DNA of 64,000 nucleotides from Candidatus Bathyarchaeota archaeon (GCA_963807605.1 CAWECG010000004.1:192001-256000), one strand, 5' to 3'. Shown: positions 49,430 to 60,728, numbered from the stretch's first letter. Made by a program: numbers and translations. The notes: generated by a model not told the origin, from the letters alone.

Positions 49430-50173
49430 TTATTCCTCAAGTCTGAGTGTGGCCACAATTTCCTGAAATCTCTCCTCTGATGGGTCTTTCTTGTATTCCC
49501 TAAGCCTTTCCTTGAAGCATTCCAGGGGAATCGGTTCGTCAGTAAGTCGAGAATTGTTCAGGATCTCTCTCTTCACAAACAGGAATTGGCATATAGCGGT
49601 CAGATTCTTTGCTCGCCTGGTTCTACTTGCAGATTCAAAGTCGATTATGGTGGGACTTCTATCTAACCCTCTGAAGATTACGTGTTCGGATGCATTATGC
49701 AGTTCTCCATGATCGAGGCAGATCTTGTCCATCAAGTGGCATTGTGTCAGCAATGATCTAATCGTTGGCTTGGCTCTCTTCACCTCACCAGTTCCGGCTC
49801 TATCTAGCCAATCTGCAAACAGCGGCCCATCCGCGTACTCCATCACCATCAGGTTCTCTGAATATGCCCGGAGCTTGGGTCCGATCCCAAGACTGTTTGC
49901 TATTATCAGCATCTCTGCTTCATGGAACATGTCTGTTCGGTTCGCATCCGTTCTTCTGATCTTAAGTACGGCTAATCCTGAATCGATCTCAACGAGGACG
50001 ACTACACTAACGCATCCCTTGTTGATGATGGGGTACCCGTTAAGCTTCTTTTCTCCTCTTAACAGAACCTTCTCAATGCCTATGGTTTCTAGCTCTCTCA
50101 GTCTCTTCTGTCTCTGCTCCTCACTCGGTCTTGGGTAACAGATGATCTCATCTGGCATCTCTAGGGTGTTCAA
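49430..50173 (-). CDS. Archaeal RIO/Bud32-like Ser/Thr protein kinase
   Basis: KGCVSVV, VLKIRR, MEY..G, HGEL, IIDFESAS. Confidence 0.8.
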   Translation of the reverse strand: MNTLEMPDEIICYPRPSEEQRQKRLRELETIGIEKVLLRGEKKLNGYPIINKGCVSVVVLVEIDSGLAVLKIRRTDANRTDMFHEAEMLIIANSLGIGPKLRAYSENLMVMEYADGPLFADWLDRAGTGEVKRAKPTIRSLLTQCHLMDKICLDHGELHNASEHVIFRGLDRSPTIIDFESASRTRRAKNLTAICQFLFVKREILNNSRLTDEPIPLECFKERLREYKKDPSEERFQEIVATLRLEE

Positions 50174-50211
50174 ATCAGACGCATCCCTGAAATGAGATCT
50201 TAGCCGCCAAT

Positions 50212-51636
50212 CTATCGTAGCCAGTGATTTCTTCCCTTGAGGTACGATCCGATGAACTGTGGAAATCCTCTAATCTCCAGGAATTTCTCAAGTTGACGAT
50301 CGACTAGCAGCTCGCACTTTTCTTTCTTTATTCTATCAGCGATCAAACCTGAGACGCCTATGCTACGACCCCCGTCGGCAAGGGATTTCTTGAGCAGTTG
50401 GATAGAGTCAGTGTATTTCCGGGTCTTGGCGGTTACCCATCTATCTTTCTCGATCCACGGTCCTGAAAGGGTGTCCCTGGATCTCAAATGTGCTGAGACG
50501 AATCTATCGGACTCCATCATCCTCTCCACAGGCGGGCCCGAGTGTTTGATCGTCTTGGGTAGGAATCGGCTCTCCAACTCAACCATTATGATGTTGAAGT
50601 CATTTTCATCACTGAATGAGGATGATCTGATAATCGAGAATCCTTTGCCCCGTAGCAAATTGGTTATGCTCCTCTCCGTCTTGAAGATTTGACTCCATAG
50701 GACATCCACAGGGGCTTCTATTTTCCCGAATTGAAGGCCAATCAAACTCGTTCCTCTTTGAGAGAGGGCTCTGGAAAATTCCTTGCTTTTGATTCCTTTA
50801 GCCTTTTGAGGGTAGAAAAATCGGAGGTCAGGTCGACATAGGAAAAGCCTTGCAACAGATACGAATTCCCATAGTCGCTCATGCCTTACTGCTGCTGCGA
50901 CATTTCGGTTCTCGTCGACGGGATCGATTACTATCAAGGGTTGATCAAAGAGATCATAGACTTCTTCAAGGTCACCGCCAAAGAAGTCCTCAAGATCTAT
51001 GACGATTCTATCCTTCCATTTCGCGGCGGCTTGGAGAGTTCTTTCCATGGTGCCGTAATATAGAGTAAGAGTTTCGCAAAGCATACCGCTGAAACCTCCA
51101 ACTCGAATCTCAGCTCCATAGGTCCCGTTTGCTTTCATCAGTTTCTTAAGGAGCCTGACTTCGTTTTTCAATCCGGAGTCGAGGTGTTCCTTCATATATT
51201 TCGTGTGGTAAGGCGTTCTGTCTGTCGCGCTTTTCCACATCCCTTTTTTCACATTGTAGCATGGGACTATGTTTACTCTCAAACCTTCAATGAAGGTCTC
51301 GATATAAGGGTGTTCGGCAAAGCGTTCGATTATTCTTGTTTTGTGTCCTTTGATGGCATCCTTCGCAACTGTGAGGCAGGTAGTTTCGAGTTCCTTTCAA
51401 TCGAGGGTACTATCTACTTTGAGGAATATGTCGATATCCGCTTCACCTGAGAGCCAGGTATCTTTTGCAACGGAACCCTCTAGGCTGACCTCAGCCTTTA
51501 GTGAACTCTTACGGGCTGCTGAGGTAACTTCTTGAATAATTGTTTCCGAAAGTTCCTGTGCCCTTCTTCTTTCCTTATCTTTGGGCACGATTCCCTTCAG
51601 TACTTCTCTTTGGATTCGAACGGTATCTGGATTCAA
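50212..51636 (-). CDS. cca: Class I CCA-adding tRNA nucleotidyltransferase (in-frame TGA at 51397-51399)
   Basis: GSVAKDTWL...DIDIF, FAEHPY, DRTPYHT, GFSG; the two ORFs are in frame across DSTLD*KELE. Confidence 0.92.
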
Positions 51637-52196
51637 GCCTTTACCTCAAGTATTGTAGAATAGATTGGCCCTTTTGGAGTGAGGACACTTTTCTTAAGTG
51701 TGACAGATTCAGTTCTCATTGAGCCAAAATCCTTCTCGCCTAATTCGCTTAGCAGTCTCGCGATCTGATGCTTATTTCGACTTGTCCTTACTCGCGCAAT
51801 GGTGAGGTGTGCACTAAATCCCTTACTGTCTTTGGGGATGCCGATCTCACTTAAGCGCGGTTCCAATGCTTCTGCGATTGCTTCCAGTTCCTCTGCTCCC
51901 TTTCTTATGGCTATCCATATCACATTCATATGTGTCAAGCTCGGAAATGCTCCAACACCTTTGAACTGAATCTCAAACTGCTGAAAGTTCAATTGTTTCA
52001 TTGATTCAACAACCTTCGGGACCACTTCTTCTTCGTCGACTTCGCCCAAAAAGCGCAAAGTCAAATGTATGTTCTCAGGACTAACAAGTTTGAGATCCGC
52101 TCCTTCATCCAGGAGCCTCCTTTGAAAGCCAACAATCTCCTTCTTCAGTTTCTCTTCGTCAATGTCGACCGCTATGAAGGTCCTGATTTTTCCCAA
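51633..52196 (-). CDS. thpR: RNA 2',3'-cyclic phosphodiesterase (2H family)
   Basis: RTFIAVD, HLTLRFLGE, HLTIAR, SVLTPKGPIY. Confidence 0.93.
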   Translation of the reverse strand: MGKIRTFIAVDIDEEKLKKEIVGFQRRLLDEGADLKLVSPENIHLTLRFLGEVDEEEVVPKVVESMKQLNFQQFEIQFKGVGAFPSLTHMNVIWIAIRKGAEELEAIAEALEPRLSEIGIPKDSKGFSAHLTIARVRTSRNKHQIARLLSELGEKDFGSMRTESVTLKKSVLTPKGPIYSTILEVKA

Positions 52197-52285
52197 GTCA
52201 TCTCACTAAAGTAAGTAGCACCCAAACAATTTAAGCGTGGGTATCCTATCGACTGGTAATTTAGTCGTAGAGACTGTGATTACCT

Positions 52286-52837
52286 TTGGACAGTACGAAG
52301 ACTGTCATTGCAATAACTGGCATGCCGGGCTCCGGTAAAGCTCTGGCTTCGAGTTTAGCAGAAGAATACAACATTCCAGTCTTCATATGTGGTGATGTAG
52401 TGAGAGAAGAAGCCTCTGCAATGAAGATTCCCGCGACCCCAGAAAATCTGGGAAGCTTAATGCTGAAAATGAGAGCACAATATGGTGCAGATATCATAGC
52501 TAGGAGATTGATTACCAAGATCAACTCTCCTCTATCAAAAACAATCGTAATCGAAGGTCTTAGAAGTCTGGACGAAGTTGAGCTGCTCAGAGAGAAGTTT
52601 GATGTCAAACTTCTAGCCATTTATTCTCCGCCAGTGCAGAGGTTCCAGCGCTTGGTTCGAAGAGGGAGGAGTGATGATCCCAAAACCCTAAAGGAATTCA
52701 ATGAAAGAGATCATCGTGAACTCGTGGTGGGAGTCGGTTCCGTCATAGCGTTGGCGGACAAGCTAATAGTCAACGAGTCGACACTCGAAGCTTTCAAGCT
52801 GAAGTTGACTCGATTCTATGAGGAAACAGCTCTGTGA
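52286..52837 (+). CDS. UPF0200 P-loop (dephospho-CoA kinase-like) protein
   Basis: ITGMPGSGK, GDVVREEA, EGLRS, RGRSDD. Confidence 0.82.
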   Translation: MDSTKTVIAITGMPGSGKALASSLAEEYNIPVFICGDVVREEASAMKIPATPENLGSLMLKMRAQYGADIIARRLITKINSPLSKTIVIEGLRSLDEVELLREKFDVKLLAIYSPPVQRFQRLVRRGRSDDPKTLKEFNERDHRELVVGVGSVIALADKLIVNESTLEAFKLKLTRFYEETAL

Positions 52838-53253
52838 ATAACGTTCATTTTACTATTCAAGCTGAAGTCCATCCGACGGAAGATGAATCTAAAGTCAAGC
52901 ATGCCATCATGACTCTTTTCCCATCTGTTGAATTGAAGCGCATTCCTGATTCTGACGGACGTTTAGCATTGATAGGAGAAGCTGCAGGGCTCGAGGGTTT
53001 GACGGAGTTCCGAAGCCTCCTAAGAAGAGAGAGAATAAGAGCAGCTGCCAAGTCACTGATGTTTTCATCGGCATTAGATCACCGCCTTATCGTATATCTA
53101 AACAAACAGGCTGCGTATGCAGGTCACGTCTCATTTGCGACAAACCATGGAGAATCGCCTTTGGGACCGATAACATTACAGTTAGAGTGCTCCGACCCTC
53201 GATCGGTAATTGAATGGCTTGTTCAATCAGACAGGCTGATTCAAAATCGCTGA
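52834..53253 (+). CDS. UPF0201/DUF54 putative RNA-binding protein
   Basis: VHPTEDESKV, LNKQAAYAG, ESPLGPI. Confidence 0.85.
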   Translation: MNNVHFTIQAEVHPTEDESKVKHAIMTLFPSVELKRIPDSDGRLALIGEAAGLEGLTEFRSLLRRERIRAAAKSLMFSSALDHRLIVYLNKQAAYAGHVSFATNHGESPLGPITLQLECSDPRSVIEWLVQSDRLIQNR

Positions 53254-53520
53254 ACAATTCTTGATTTAGAGATCTTCCGGAGTGCGTAGGTGATACTGTA
53301 ATGTTGCAGTTCACCATATTCTCCATACGCTTATCGGTCAGTCTTTGCGAATACTCATAACAATAGCCTCTTCTGATATCGAGAATTTTGAAGTAGTGGA
53401 TGATTGATAGGTTGAATGGATCTCGCGTCTGAAGCCTGAGGCGACTTGAGGAAAGCTAGACGTTAACGCGCGCCAAGCATCAGTGACACGATCGAGAGCT
53501 ATCTAAGAGCTAGGGTCACA

Positions 53521-54423
53521 TTAGGTACTGACTTCCAGCCTCATCATGTCAGATGCTAAGATCGTATTTTGGAAGATTGTCTTTGCCTCCTTCAGAAGAG
53601 TGCTCGCATCCTCATAAATTGCGCTTATGTGAAGTAACACTAGCTTGTCTGCCCCCGCCGTCTTGGCTACCGTTGCTGCTTCCTCAGCCGAAGAGTGACC
53701 GTACTCCCGTGCTTTCTCTTTCTTTGAATTGTCAAATGTACAATCATGCATTAATAACGTCGCACCCTTGGCTAGTTTGATCCCAGAACTGCAAGGTCGT
53801 GTGTCCGTAATGTATACCACCTTGATTCCTCCTCTCGGCGGACCTAGGACCTGGTCAGGCCTTATCCGGATTCCTCTAGTCGTGATGGTTTCGCCCAGTT
53901 GTAGTTTCTTCCACAGAGGGCCTTCGGGAATCTCGAGGGCTCTGGCTTTGGCAGGGTTGAATCTTCCAGGCTTGTTCTTCTCAGCTAATGCGAAGCCCAA
54001 GCAGGGAACTCCGTGCTCAAGAGCTGCAGTCTCAACAGTGTACTCTTTCTCGTCCAGTATGGTGCCAGGAGTCACTTGATGGATCTCCAATTGAAAACGC
54101 TGGTTGAACCTTACTGTCCTATTGAAGGCATCGATAAAGTCTGCTATGCCTTCGGGACCGTAAATCTCGAGCTTTCTTTCTCGTCCAAGGAATGACATAG
54201 ATTGAAATAACCCGGGCAAGCCCAGAACATGGTCTCCATGCATGTGGCTTATGAACACCTTCATCTTCCTGTTGAACCCAAGCTTCGCGGTTGCCATCTG
54301 CCTTTGTGAACATTCACCGCAATCGAACATGAATAGCTCGGCTCCCCTTCGAAGGACAGTACTAGGCAGACCCCTATCCCTAGTCGGCATGGTGCCGCCA
54401 GTCCCTAAGAATATGAGCTCCAT
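53521..54423 (-). CDS. rnz: Ribonuclease Z
   Basis: FLGTGG..P, FDCGE, SHMHGDH, exosite GP motif, HSS, LHIS. Confidence 0.95.
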   Translation of the reverse strand: MELIFLGTGGTMPTRDRGLPSTVLRRGAELFMFDCGECSQRQMATAKLGFNRKMKVFISHMHGDHVLGLPGLFQSMSFLGRERKLEIYGPEGIADFIDAFNRTVRFNQRFQLEIHQVTPGTILDEKEYTVETAALEHGVPCLGFALAEKNKPGRFNPAKARALEIPEGPLWKKLQLGETITTRGIRIRPDQVLGPPRGGIKVVYITDTRPCSSGIKLAKGATLLMHDCTFDNSKKEKAREYGHSSAEEAATVAKTAGADKLVLLHISAIYEDASTLLKEAKTIFQNTILASDMMRLEVST

Positions 54424-55487
54424 GGAAGTCTCCTTCTATGCTCTTGTTTGCTTAGGCTGAAAACAATGATCTCTCGTGTAAGACTTCTGTGTACCCTTAC
54501 GACGTGACTCTCAACAATGTTTAAGCCCGCTCCTAGAACGAGTCTGCGGACGTCTGTTTCAAGTGCACTGGCGAGACAGACGAATCCATCATGTGATAAT
54601 ATCGATGGAACTTCACTCAGGAAGTCCTTGACGAGTCTTTTCGGTTCTGAGCCCATAGTCGAGGCCTCACGGCCGTAAGGAGGATCCGTTGCTATCGAGG
54701 GAGCTTTTAGGTATGGAATTCTTCTGGCGTCTGCAAGGATGAGCCCGTCAGGCTCTAGGTTGAAATGCTTGATGTTTTTGCAAGCGCTGCGAACCATCCT
54801 TAAGTTCAGATCTGAACCAAGAATGCGACAACCCATTATTCCCGCTTCAATCAATATGCCTCCGACCCCGCAAAAAGGGTCTATTAGAACTTCACCCTTC
54901 CTAGCCCTTGCAAGATTCACAAGACACCGTGCAAATCTTGGTTTAACGGTTGAAGGATGAAAAGCAGGTCGCCGTTTTGGTTTACGCTGGTCTTCGCCTA
55001 GGTCTTGTCGTCGACCGACTACCGAACAAAGGGCAAAATACCCTTCACCAATTATTCCGACAAACTCGTGTTCGGGCGTGTTCAGATCTACTTTGGATTC
55101 GGGAACGGACTTTGATACTCTATCACCAATCTTCGACTGTAGTTGAAGCCTACGTAGGTGTCTGGACGAGCCGAGGATCCTTATGACCTTCACAGAGAAG
55201 CTTCTCCCTGGATCTAGAAATTCCGCAAAGGGGGTCCTTGAAGCGGCTTTTAGTATAGCCTTCTGATCATCAGCGCATTGGAAAACGAGATGGCCTGCGG
55301 CTTCACACATTCCTGATCGTTGTACAACCGCACAAATGCATTCTTGGTTCGCGGTAAGAGTGAGGAGACTCGGCGCCAACTTTACGTCATCATAGTCAAA
55401 TTTCTCAGACTCGAGTATTGCCAGCACCTCTGCCGCTGGGAGAGTCTGATGCTCGCCAGAGAGTTGAAAGAAAAGCCTTGAATTCAC
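54405..55487 (-). CDS. THUMP-domain tRNA (guanine10-N2) methyltransferase (Trm11/TrmG10-like)
   Basis: LSGEH..LP, DPFCGVGG, TDPPYG, VHRSLTR. Confidence 0.85.
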   Translation of the reverse strand: MNSRLFFQLSGEHQTLPAAEVLAILESEKFDYDDVKLAPSLLTLTANQECICAVVQRSGMCEAAGHLVFQCADDQKAILKAASRTPFAEFLDPGRSFSVKVIRILGSSRHLRRLQLQSKIGDRVSKSVPESKVDLNTPEHEFVGIIGEGYFALCSVVGRRQDLGEDQRKPKRRPAFHPSTVKPRFARCLVNLARARKGEVLIDPFCGVGGILIEAGIMGCRILGSDLNLRMVRSACKNIKHFNLEPDGLILADARRIPYLKAPSIATDPPYGREASTMGSEPKRLVKDFLSEVPSILSHDGFVCLASALETDVRRLVLGAGLNIVESHVVRVHRSLTREIIVFSLSKQEHRRRLPWSSYS

Positions 55488-56365
55488 AGAATCTGCCTCA
55501 GCGACTCTGCAACTGCCGGAGCTACAGAGATCTTACTGAGGGAGCTGGGCACAGTATCTGTCCCTATTATTTCCATAACACCTTCTTTTCGCATATTCTC
55601 TTCAGCATCTCCGATTAGCAACGCGTGGGTACATGCGGCTATGATCTTTCTTGGTCGCTTCCTCTTTACGATCCTAGCAACATTTGCGATGGTCGACCCA
55701 GTCGAGATCATATCATCGAGAATCACCACATCTCTTCCCTCTAGTTTGAGTTCTCTGTCGGTCGTAACAACCTGCCCAGTAATTCTGTCCCTATGCTTTT
55801 CGAAATACGTGTGGTCTGTTCCCAAAATGGAAGCTACCAGTCGAGCATGAGTAGCGGCGCCGCTGTCTGGCGCCAATATATATGGTCGCGAAAGCTTCAG
55901 GTTCTTCAAGTACTCGGCTAGCAAGGGAATCGCTGACACGTTTATCGTCTTCGTCTTAAAGGACTTTAGTGATTGTTCGTTGTGGACGTCAACTGTCACC
56001 AGAAGATCTGTGCCCACAGACTCGATTAGTTTTCCGACCGCCACGTTACTTATAACCTCGCCAGTCCTGAAACGTTTGTCCTGTCGGGCATAGGCGAGGT
56101 AAGGAACCACCGCAATGGTGCGCTTTGCCCCGAGTTCTTTGGCTGCATTTAGAGTTAAGAGCAATTCGATGAGTCGCTTGTCTTGTTGGGGAAAACAGGA
56201 TTGGACAACGACGAGATCTTCATCATTGAAATTTCCTGCAAATCTCAGATACGATTCTCCGTCTGGGAAGCTCTTCGATTCAATCGCTATTCGGTTCGCC
56301 CGCAATTTCTCAGCTAGCTTGGTACTCAGCATCTCGAATTCAGGTCTGCAAGCAATAATCACCAA
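55484..56365 (-). CDS. prs: Ribose-phosphate pyrophosphokinase
   Basis: FPDGE, PYLAYARQDK.F, APDSGA, ILDDMISTG.T. Confidence 0.96.
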   Translation of the reverse strand: MVIIACRPEFEMLSTKLAEKLRANRIAIESKSFPDGESYLRFAGNFNDEDLVVVQSCFPQQDKRLIELLLTLNAAKELGAKRTIAVVPYLAYARQDKRFRTGEVISNVAVGKLIESVGTDLLVTVDVHNEQSLKSFKTKTINVSAIPLLAEYLKNLKLSRPYILAPDSGAATHARLVASILGTDHTYFEKHRDRITGQVVTTDRELKLEGRDVVILDDMISTGSTIANVARIVKRKRPRKIIAACTHALLIGDAEENMRKEGVMEIIGTDTVPSSLSKISVAPAVAESLRQIL

Positions 56366-56414
56366 TTCAAGTACCTCCTCAGATAGGTTCAGTGTAGTGA
56401 AAAGCCTGGGTATG

Positions 56415-56870
56415 TCAATCAGATCTTACGACAACAGTTCTTGCAAGAGTATCTCCAAGACGTTTTCTTCCCTTCGTAGATATTAGCGATATGAGCCCTA
56501 TTATGTAATAAGTTAGCAGGAAGTCGAGAATTCGGAGTATGTTTCTGACCAAGGTTTGGCGCATACTGCATCTTAACCCACCTTCACTGACTACCTTAAT
56601 GTTCATGAATTTCTTTCCGAGTGTTTGCCCGCTAGATCCTTCAAAGTACATCTAATAAACGATCCATACTGCTGATAGCAACCCAAAGAGAACGAGACTC
56701 AAAGGTTGACCCAGCAGCGACCAAGGTGTGGAGAGTGAACGAAAAGATCTGCCGGTGACAAGCAGGAAGAACACAAGTGCGATTGCTAATGTGATGACGA
56801 AATCAATCATACCTGCGATTAGACGACTTCCTATGTTGGCATAAAGTGACATAGGCATACCTGCAAACAA
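56415..56870 (-). CDS. RDD family membrane protein (in-frame TAG at 56652-56654)
   Basis: RLIAGMIDF...GQTLGK...RNILRILD...RLGD; the two ORFs abut in frame. Confidence 0.75.
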
Positions 56871-57100
56871 TGACAGTGTATGTCGCGGTGACGGTATAAA
56901 CCTCTAACTCTGGCTCACCACCAAGAAGGCCACTGGCCAGTTTTTCAACTATGTGTTTAACTATTTGTCATAGCGTGCGCATTTCCCTCTTAACAAAAAC
57001 ATGAGAATGATGACGAATCTGGGGACAATGTCTCATACCGAATTACCATCATCTTAAATAGCAACTAAACTAGTCTGATGGGCTATCCCAATCAGCACAC

Positions 57101-58375
57101 GTGATACCCGCCATGTCCTTTTCACCTGAACAGATTGGTGACTGGAGAAAATACTTCACCCAGCTTCCCCTGAAAGTAGAGCCGATGATAGACGACTCGA
57201 CCCTCAGGGATGGCGTTCAGATGCCCGGAGTAGCCGCGTCACCAGAACATACAGCAGAGATAGCGCAACTACTGGACGAGATAGGCGTGGATAGGATTGA
57301 AGTACACCACTTCCAAGAACCTGACAAGAAAGCTGTCAAGCTGATACATGAGAAGAACCTCCGAGCTAGAATAGCAGGCTGGTGTAGGGCAGTAAAAGAG
57401 GACATCGATAACGCCATAAATCTTGACTTCAAGGAAATCGGGATATCTCATCCGGTATCCTATATACACATAGCCTCGAAGTGGCCGGGCACTTCCTCTC
57501 AAGACATTCTCTCCAGAGTCACTGATGTCGTAGAATATGCGGCGAAGGATCATGGACTTAGGGTGTTCGTCCACGGCGAAGACAGCACGAGAGCTGACTG
57601 GGATTTCGAAAAGAGATTCATCAACACTGTTGCGGAAGCGGGAGCCGAAGTATACAGGATCTGTGACACAGTAGGGGTCGCACTCTCAGACCCCGCAGCA
57701 GCGCTGCCAAACGGAATACCTGCAAAGATAAAGGCCATCCGAAAAGAGACAAAGATAGATTGCATCGAGATTCATGCACATGATGATCTAGGGAACGCGG
57801 TTGAGAACACGCTCGCAGCAGTCAGAGCCGCCTCCGGTCTATATGAGAAGATCTATAGTAGCACAACCTTTCTAGGAATTGGTGAACGTGCCGGAAACGC
57901 AGAGACAGAGAAAGTTATACTGAATCTCTATCTTCACCATGGGGTAAAGAAGTATGAAAAGCAACTCCACAAGTTTAAGCAGGTTGCAGATTTAATCAGC
58001 AAAGCTACAGGGATAACGATCCCCCCAAACAAAGCTATCGTGGGAGATTACGCCTTTGCGCATGAGTCGGGAATCCATGCACACGGCGTTTTGAGCAACC
58101 CGCTTACTTACGAGCTCTATCCCCCAGAACTGGTTGGCAATCGCAGACTAATGACCGTCGGCAAACAATCAGGCAGAGCAGCAATTAAACACAAGATGGA
58201 AGAGATCCTTGGACAGCCGATAGATAAGAATGAACAGGCAGTCGAAGAGGTTGTCGTAAGAGTCAAGAAGATCTATGAAGACGGCAGGAAAGCCTCCCTG
58301 AGTGATGCAGAGTTCGATCAGATCTTGATGGAATTCGGGTACCTAAAAAACCGGGGAAAAGTTAAGCGCCCTTAG
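57101..58375 (+). CDS. DRE-TIM acyl-CoA condensing enzyme (homocitrate/isopropylmalate/Re-citrate synthase family)
   Basis: DDSTLRDGVQ, EDSTRAD, CDTVG, HAHDDLG, GIGERAGNA, FAHESGIH; no LeuA regulatory domain. Confidence 0.88.
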   Translation: MIPAMSFSPEQIGDWRKYFTQLPLKVEPMIDDSTLRDGVQMPGVAASPEHTAEIAQLLDEIGVDRIEVHHFQEPDKKAVKLIHEKNLRARIAGWCRAVKEDIDNAINLDFKEIGISHPVSYIHIASKWPGTSSQDILSRVTDVVEYAAKDHGLRVFVHGEDSTRADWDFEKRFINTVAEAGAEVYRICDTVGVALSDPAAALPNGIPAKIKAIRKETKIDCIEIHAHDDLGNAVENTLAAVRAASGLYEKIYSSTTFLGIGERAGNAETEKVILNLYLHHGVKKYEKQLHKFKQVADLISKATGITIPPNKAIVGDYAFAHESGIHAHGVLSNPLTYELYPPELVGNRRLMTVGKQSGRAAIKHKMEEILGQPIDKNEQAVEEVVVRVKKIYEDGRKASLSDAEFDQILMEFGYLKNRGKVKRP

Positions 58376-58817
58376 TAATCCTGAGATCTTCTTTTACTGT
58401 TGTAAGCACGACATGCGTTACTGTTCTCTCAACATTAGGCATCGCCAGAAGCGACTTCACAAACTGGCTGAGCTCACTTCTTGTCGTGAACTTGCATATG
58501 ACCATGGCATCCGTCTCTCCAGTAACATCGTAGACCTGATGTACCATAGGATTCTTGGCAATCTCTCTCTCAACCTCTAAAAGTCTGCCTTTAGAGACAA
58601 CAAGCTCAACTATCGCAGTCTCATAACCAAGTCTCTTCGGATCGACAATAGCTGAATAGCCTTTAATGACACCTTTCTCCTCGAGATTCTTCACCCTATT
58701 GATGACCGTCGCAACAGATGTTCCTACCTTAGCAGAGAGTTCTCTGAAAGATCTTCGAGCATTACTCTGCAACTCGAACAATAACTTATAATCCAGCTCA
58801 TCCAGTGCTTCGATCAA
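58362..58817 (-). CDS. Lrp/AsnC family transcriptional regulator
   Basis: LDELDYKLL..NARRSFREL, VYDVTGETD. Confidence 0.93.
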   Translation of the reverse strand: MIEALDELDYKLLFELQSNARRSFRELSAKVGTSVATVINRVKNLEEKGVIKGYSAIVDPKRLGYETAIVELVVSKGRLLEVEREIAKNPMVHQVYDVTGETDAMVICKFTTRSELSQFVKSLLAMPNVERTVTHVVLTTVKEDLRITKGA

Positions 58818-59020
58818 TTAACATCTGTCCATAATTGAAAATACGTGTGGATAAATGTCTATCCAAGGAATAAGCCATGCAGTCGATTGGTAACGGAAGA
58901 CCGAGAGGGAACTACCAGTTCAAGCTTTACGAAAAACCTATCCATATAGAAAAGGAAGAATGGTGCCGCCTGAACGTTTGGCTGGCACCCTAATAGTACT
59001 ACAAACTGTCGGTCAAGCCT

Positions 59021-60577
59021 ATGATCCACAAAGAAGAACCCGATACAATACTTGTTCTCGACTTCGGAGGGCAGTACGCGCATCTCATAGCTAGAAGAAT
59101 AAGAGAACAGAAAGTCTACTCTGAAGTCGTACCATGCGACATAACAGTCGAAGAGATAGAGTCCAAGAAGCCTCAAATGAACATCAAGGGTCTAATTCTC
59201 TCTGGTGGTCCGTCAAGCGTATACGGGCGGAATGCTCCTAGTTGTGATGCCAGAATACTTCACGTGGATCTTCCGATCCTAGGGATCTGCTACGGGCATC
59301 AACTCATAGCGCAAGAAGCTAAAGGCAAAGTCAGACCCGGAGAAAAGACTGAGTATGGATTGACATACGTCACGATAGATCGTCCAGTCGGCATCCTCAA
59401 AGGCTTGGAAAAGACCGAGAAGGTCTGGATGAGCCACAGTGACACCGTATTTGCTCTTCCGAAAGAATTCGAGGTGCTGGCGCATTCAGACATCAGCCCA
59501 GTGGCAGCCTTCAAACATAAATCGCGACCGCTGTACGGGACACAATGGCACCCAGAGGTTGTCCACACAGAGAAAGGAATTGTGGTGCTCAGGAATTTCA
59601 TCTTCGATGTGTGTGGATGCAAACCTAACTGGATTGTAGACGACTACGTAGAGAACGCCATCAATGAGGTAGGGAAGACAGTCGGTCAATCCAAGGCCGT
59701 TGTGGCTCTAAGCGGGGGTGTAGACTCAAGTGTTACCGCAGCCATCGCATCTCGAGCCATCGGTAAGAACCTAAGCGCGATCATGATCGACCATGGCTTC
59801 CTTAGAGAGGACGAGCCAGAAACTGTCAAATCGATCTTCAGCAAGTTCGAGATGAACCTCATCGTCTTGGATGAGAGAGAGCGTTTCTTGAGTAGACTTC
59901 GAAAAATTACAGATCCTGAAGAAAAACGGAAGGTCATCGGGGAAGAATTCATACGGTCATTCGAGCGCGCCGCTGAGAAACTTGATGCCGACTATCTAAT
60001 CCAGGGGACAATATATCCTGACAGAATAGAATCTGGATTCAAGAAGCACTCCGACAAGATCAAGACGCATCATAACGTGGCTGGCCTACCGGATGCTATC
60101 AGCTTCAAGGCAATAGTCGAGCCGATAAGAGACCTCTACAAAGACGAGGTTAGATTGATAGCAAAGAGGTTGGATCTCCCCAAGGAGATATGGGGAAGGC
60201 AACCTTTCCCAGGACCAGGACTCGCAGTAAGGATAATCGGTGAGGTTACTGAAGAAAAGCTGGCGATACTGAAGCGAGCCGACCGGATCGTGACTGAGGA
60301 GATAGAGAAGGCAGGTCTCGAAAAGGAACTATGGCAATACTTTGCAGTGCTGACCGACTCAAAGAGTACAGGCGTAAAGGGCGACGCTAGAGCTTATGGG
60401 TACACAGTAGCTGTCAGGGCTGTCAAGAGCCTAGACGGGATGACCGCCAGCTTTGCAAGTCTACCATACGAACTGTTGGGGCAAATATCGTCGAGACTGA
60501 CGAACGAGGTCCAGCAAATTGTCCGCGTAGTCTACGACATAACACACAAGCCTCCAGCAACCATAGAGTGGGAATAA
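59021..60577 (+). CDS. guaA: GMP synthase (fused GATase + ATP pyrophosphatase)
   Basis: [46 protein letters not shown]. Confidence 0.98.
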   Translation: MIHKEEPDTILVLDFGGQYAHLIARRIREQKVYSEVVPCDITVEEIESKKPQMNIKGLILSGGPSSVYGRNAPSCDARILHVDLPILGICYGHQLIAQEAKGKVRPGEKTEYGLTYVTIDRPVGILKGLEKTEKVWMSHSDTVFALPKEFEVLAHSDISPVAAFKHKSRPLYGTQWHPEVVHTEKGIVVLRNFIFDVCGCKPNWIVDDYVENAINEVGKTVGQSKAVVALSGGVDSSVTAAIASRAIGKNLSAIMIDHGFLREDEPETVKSIFSKFEMNLIVLDERERFLSRLRKITDPEEKRKVIGEEFIRSFERAAEKLDADYLIQGTIYPDRIESGFKKHSDKIKTHHNVAGLPDAISFKAIVEPIRDLYKDEVRLIAKRLDLPKEIWGRQPFPGPGLAVRIIGEVTEEKLAILKRADRIVTEEIEKAGLEKELWQYFAVLTDSKSTGVKGDARAYGYTVAVRAVKSLDGMTASFASLPYELLGQISSRLTNEVQQIVRVVYDITHKPPATIEWE

Positions 60578-60728
60578 AAAAGAAAATTCGGATGCATGTC
60601 GAAGCATTCTCTTTAGCGCGCGCGCTCGTTTCCGAGAAAACCCGAAGCCTAAAGGAAGATGATAAATATCAGTTCTGTACCTCACTTGCCTCCATTCCGT
60701 GCGAAGAGAATAACGAGGAATATACGAA

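Noticed and set aside
53395-53440. Box C/D sRNA (GGATGA...CTGA)
   Set aside because: Spacing is too short for two guides and the C'/D' boxes are unconvincing
51397-56654. Stop-codon reassignment (TGA in cca, TAG in RDD) as Sec, Pyl or an alternative code
   Set aside because: TAG and TGA end many well-defined genes here (gltB3, hypA, hypD, purB; hypF, atpK). The positions fit Arg and probably Trp codons one substitution away
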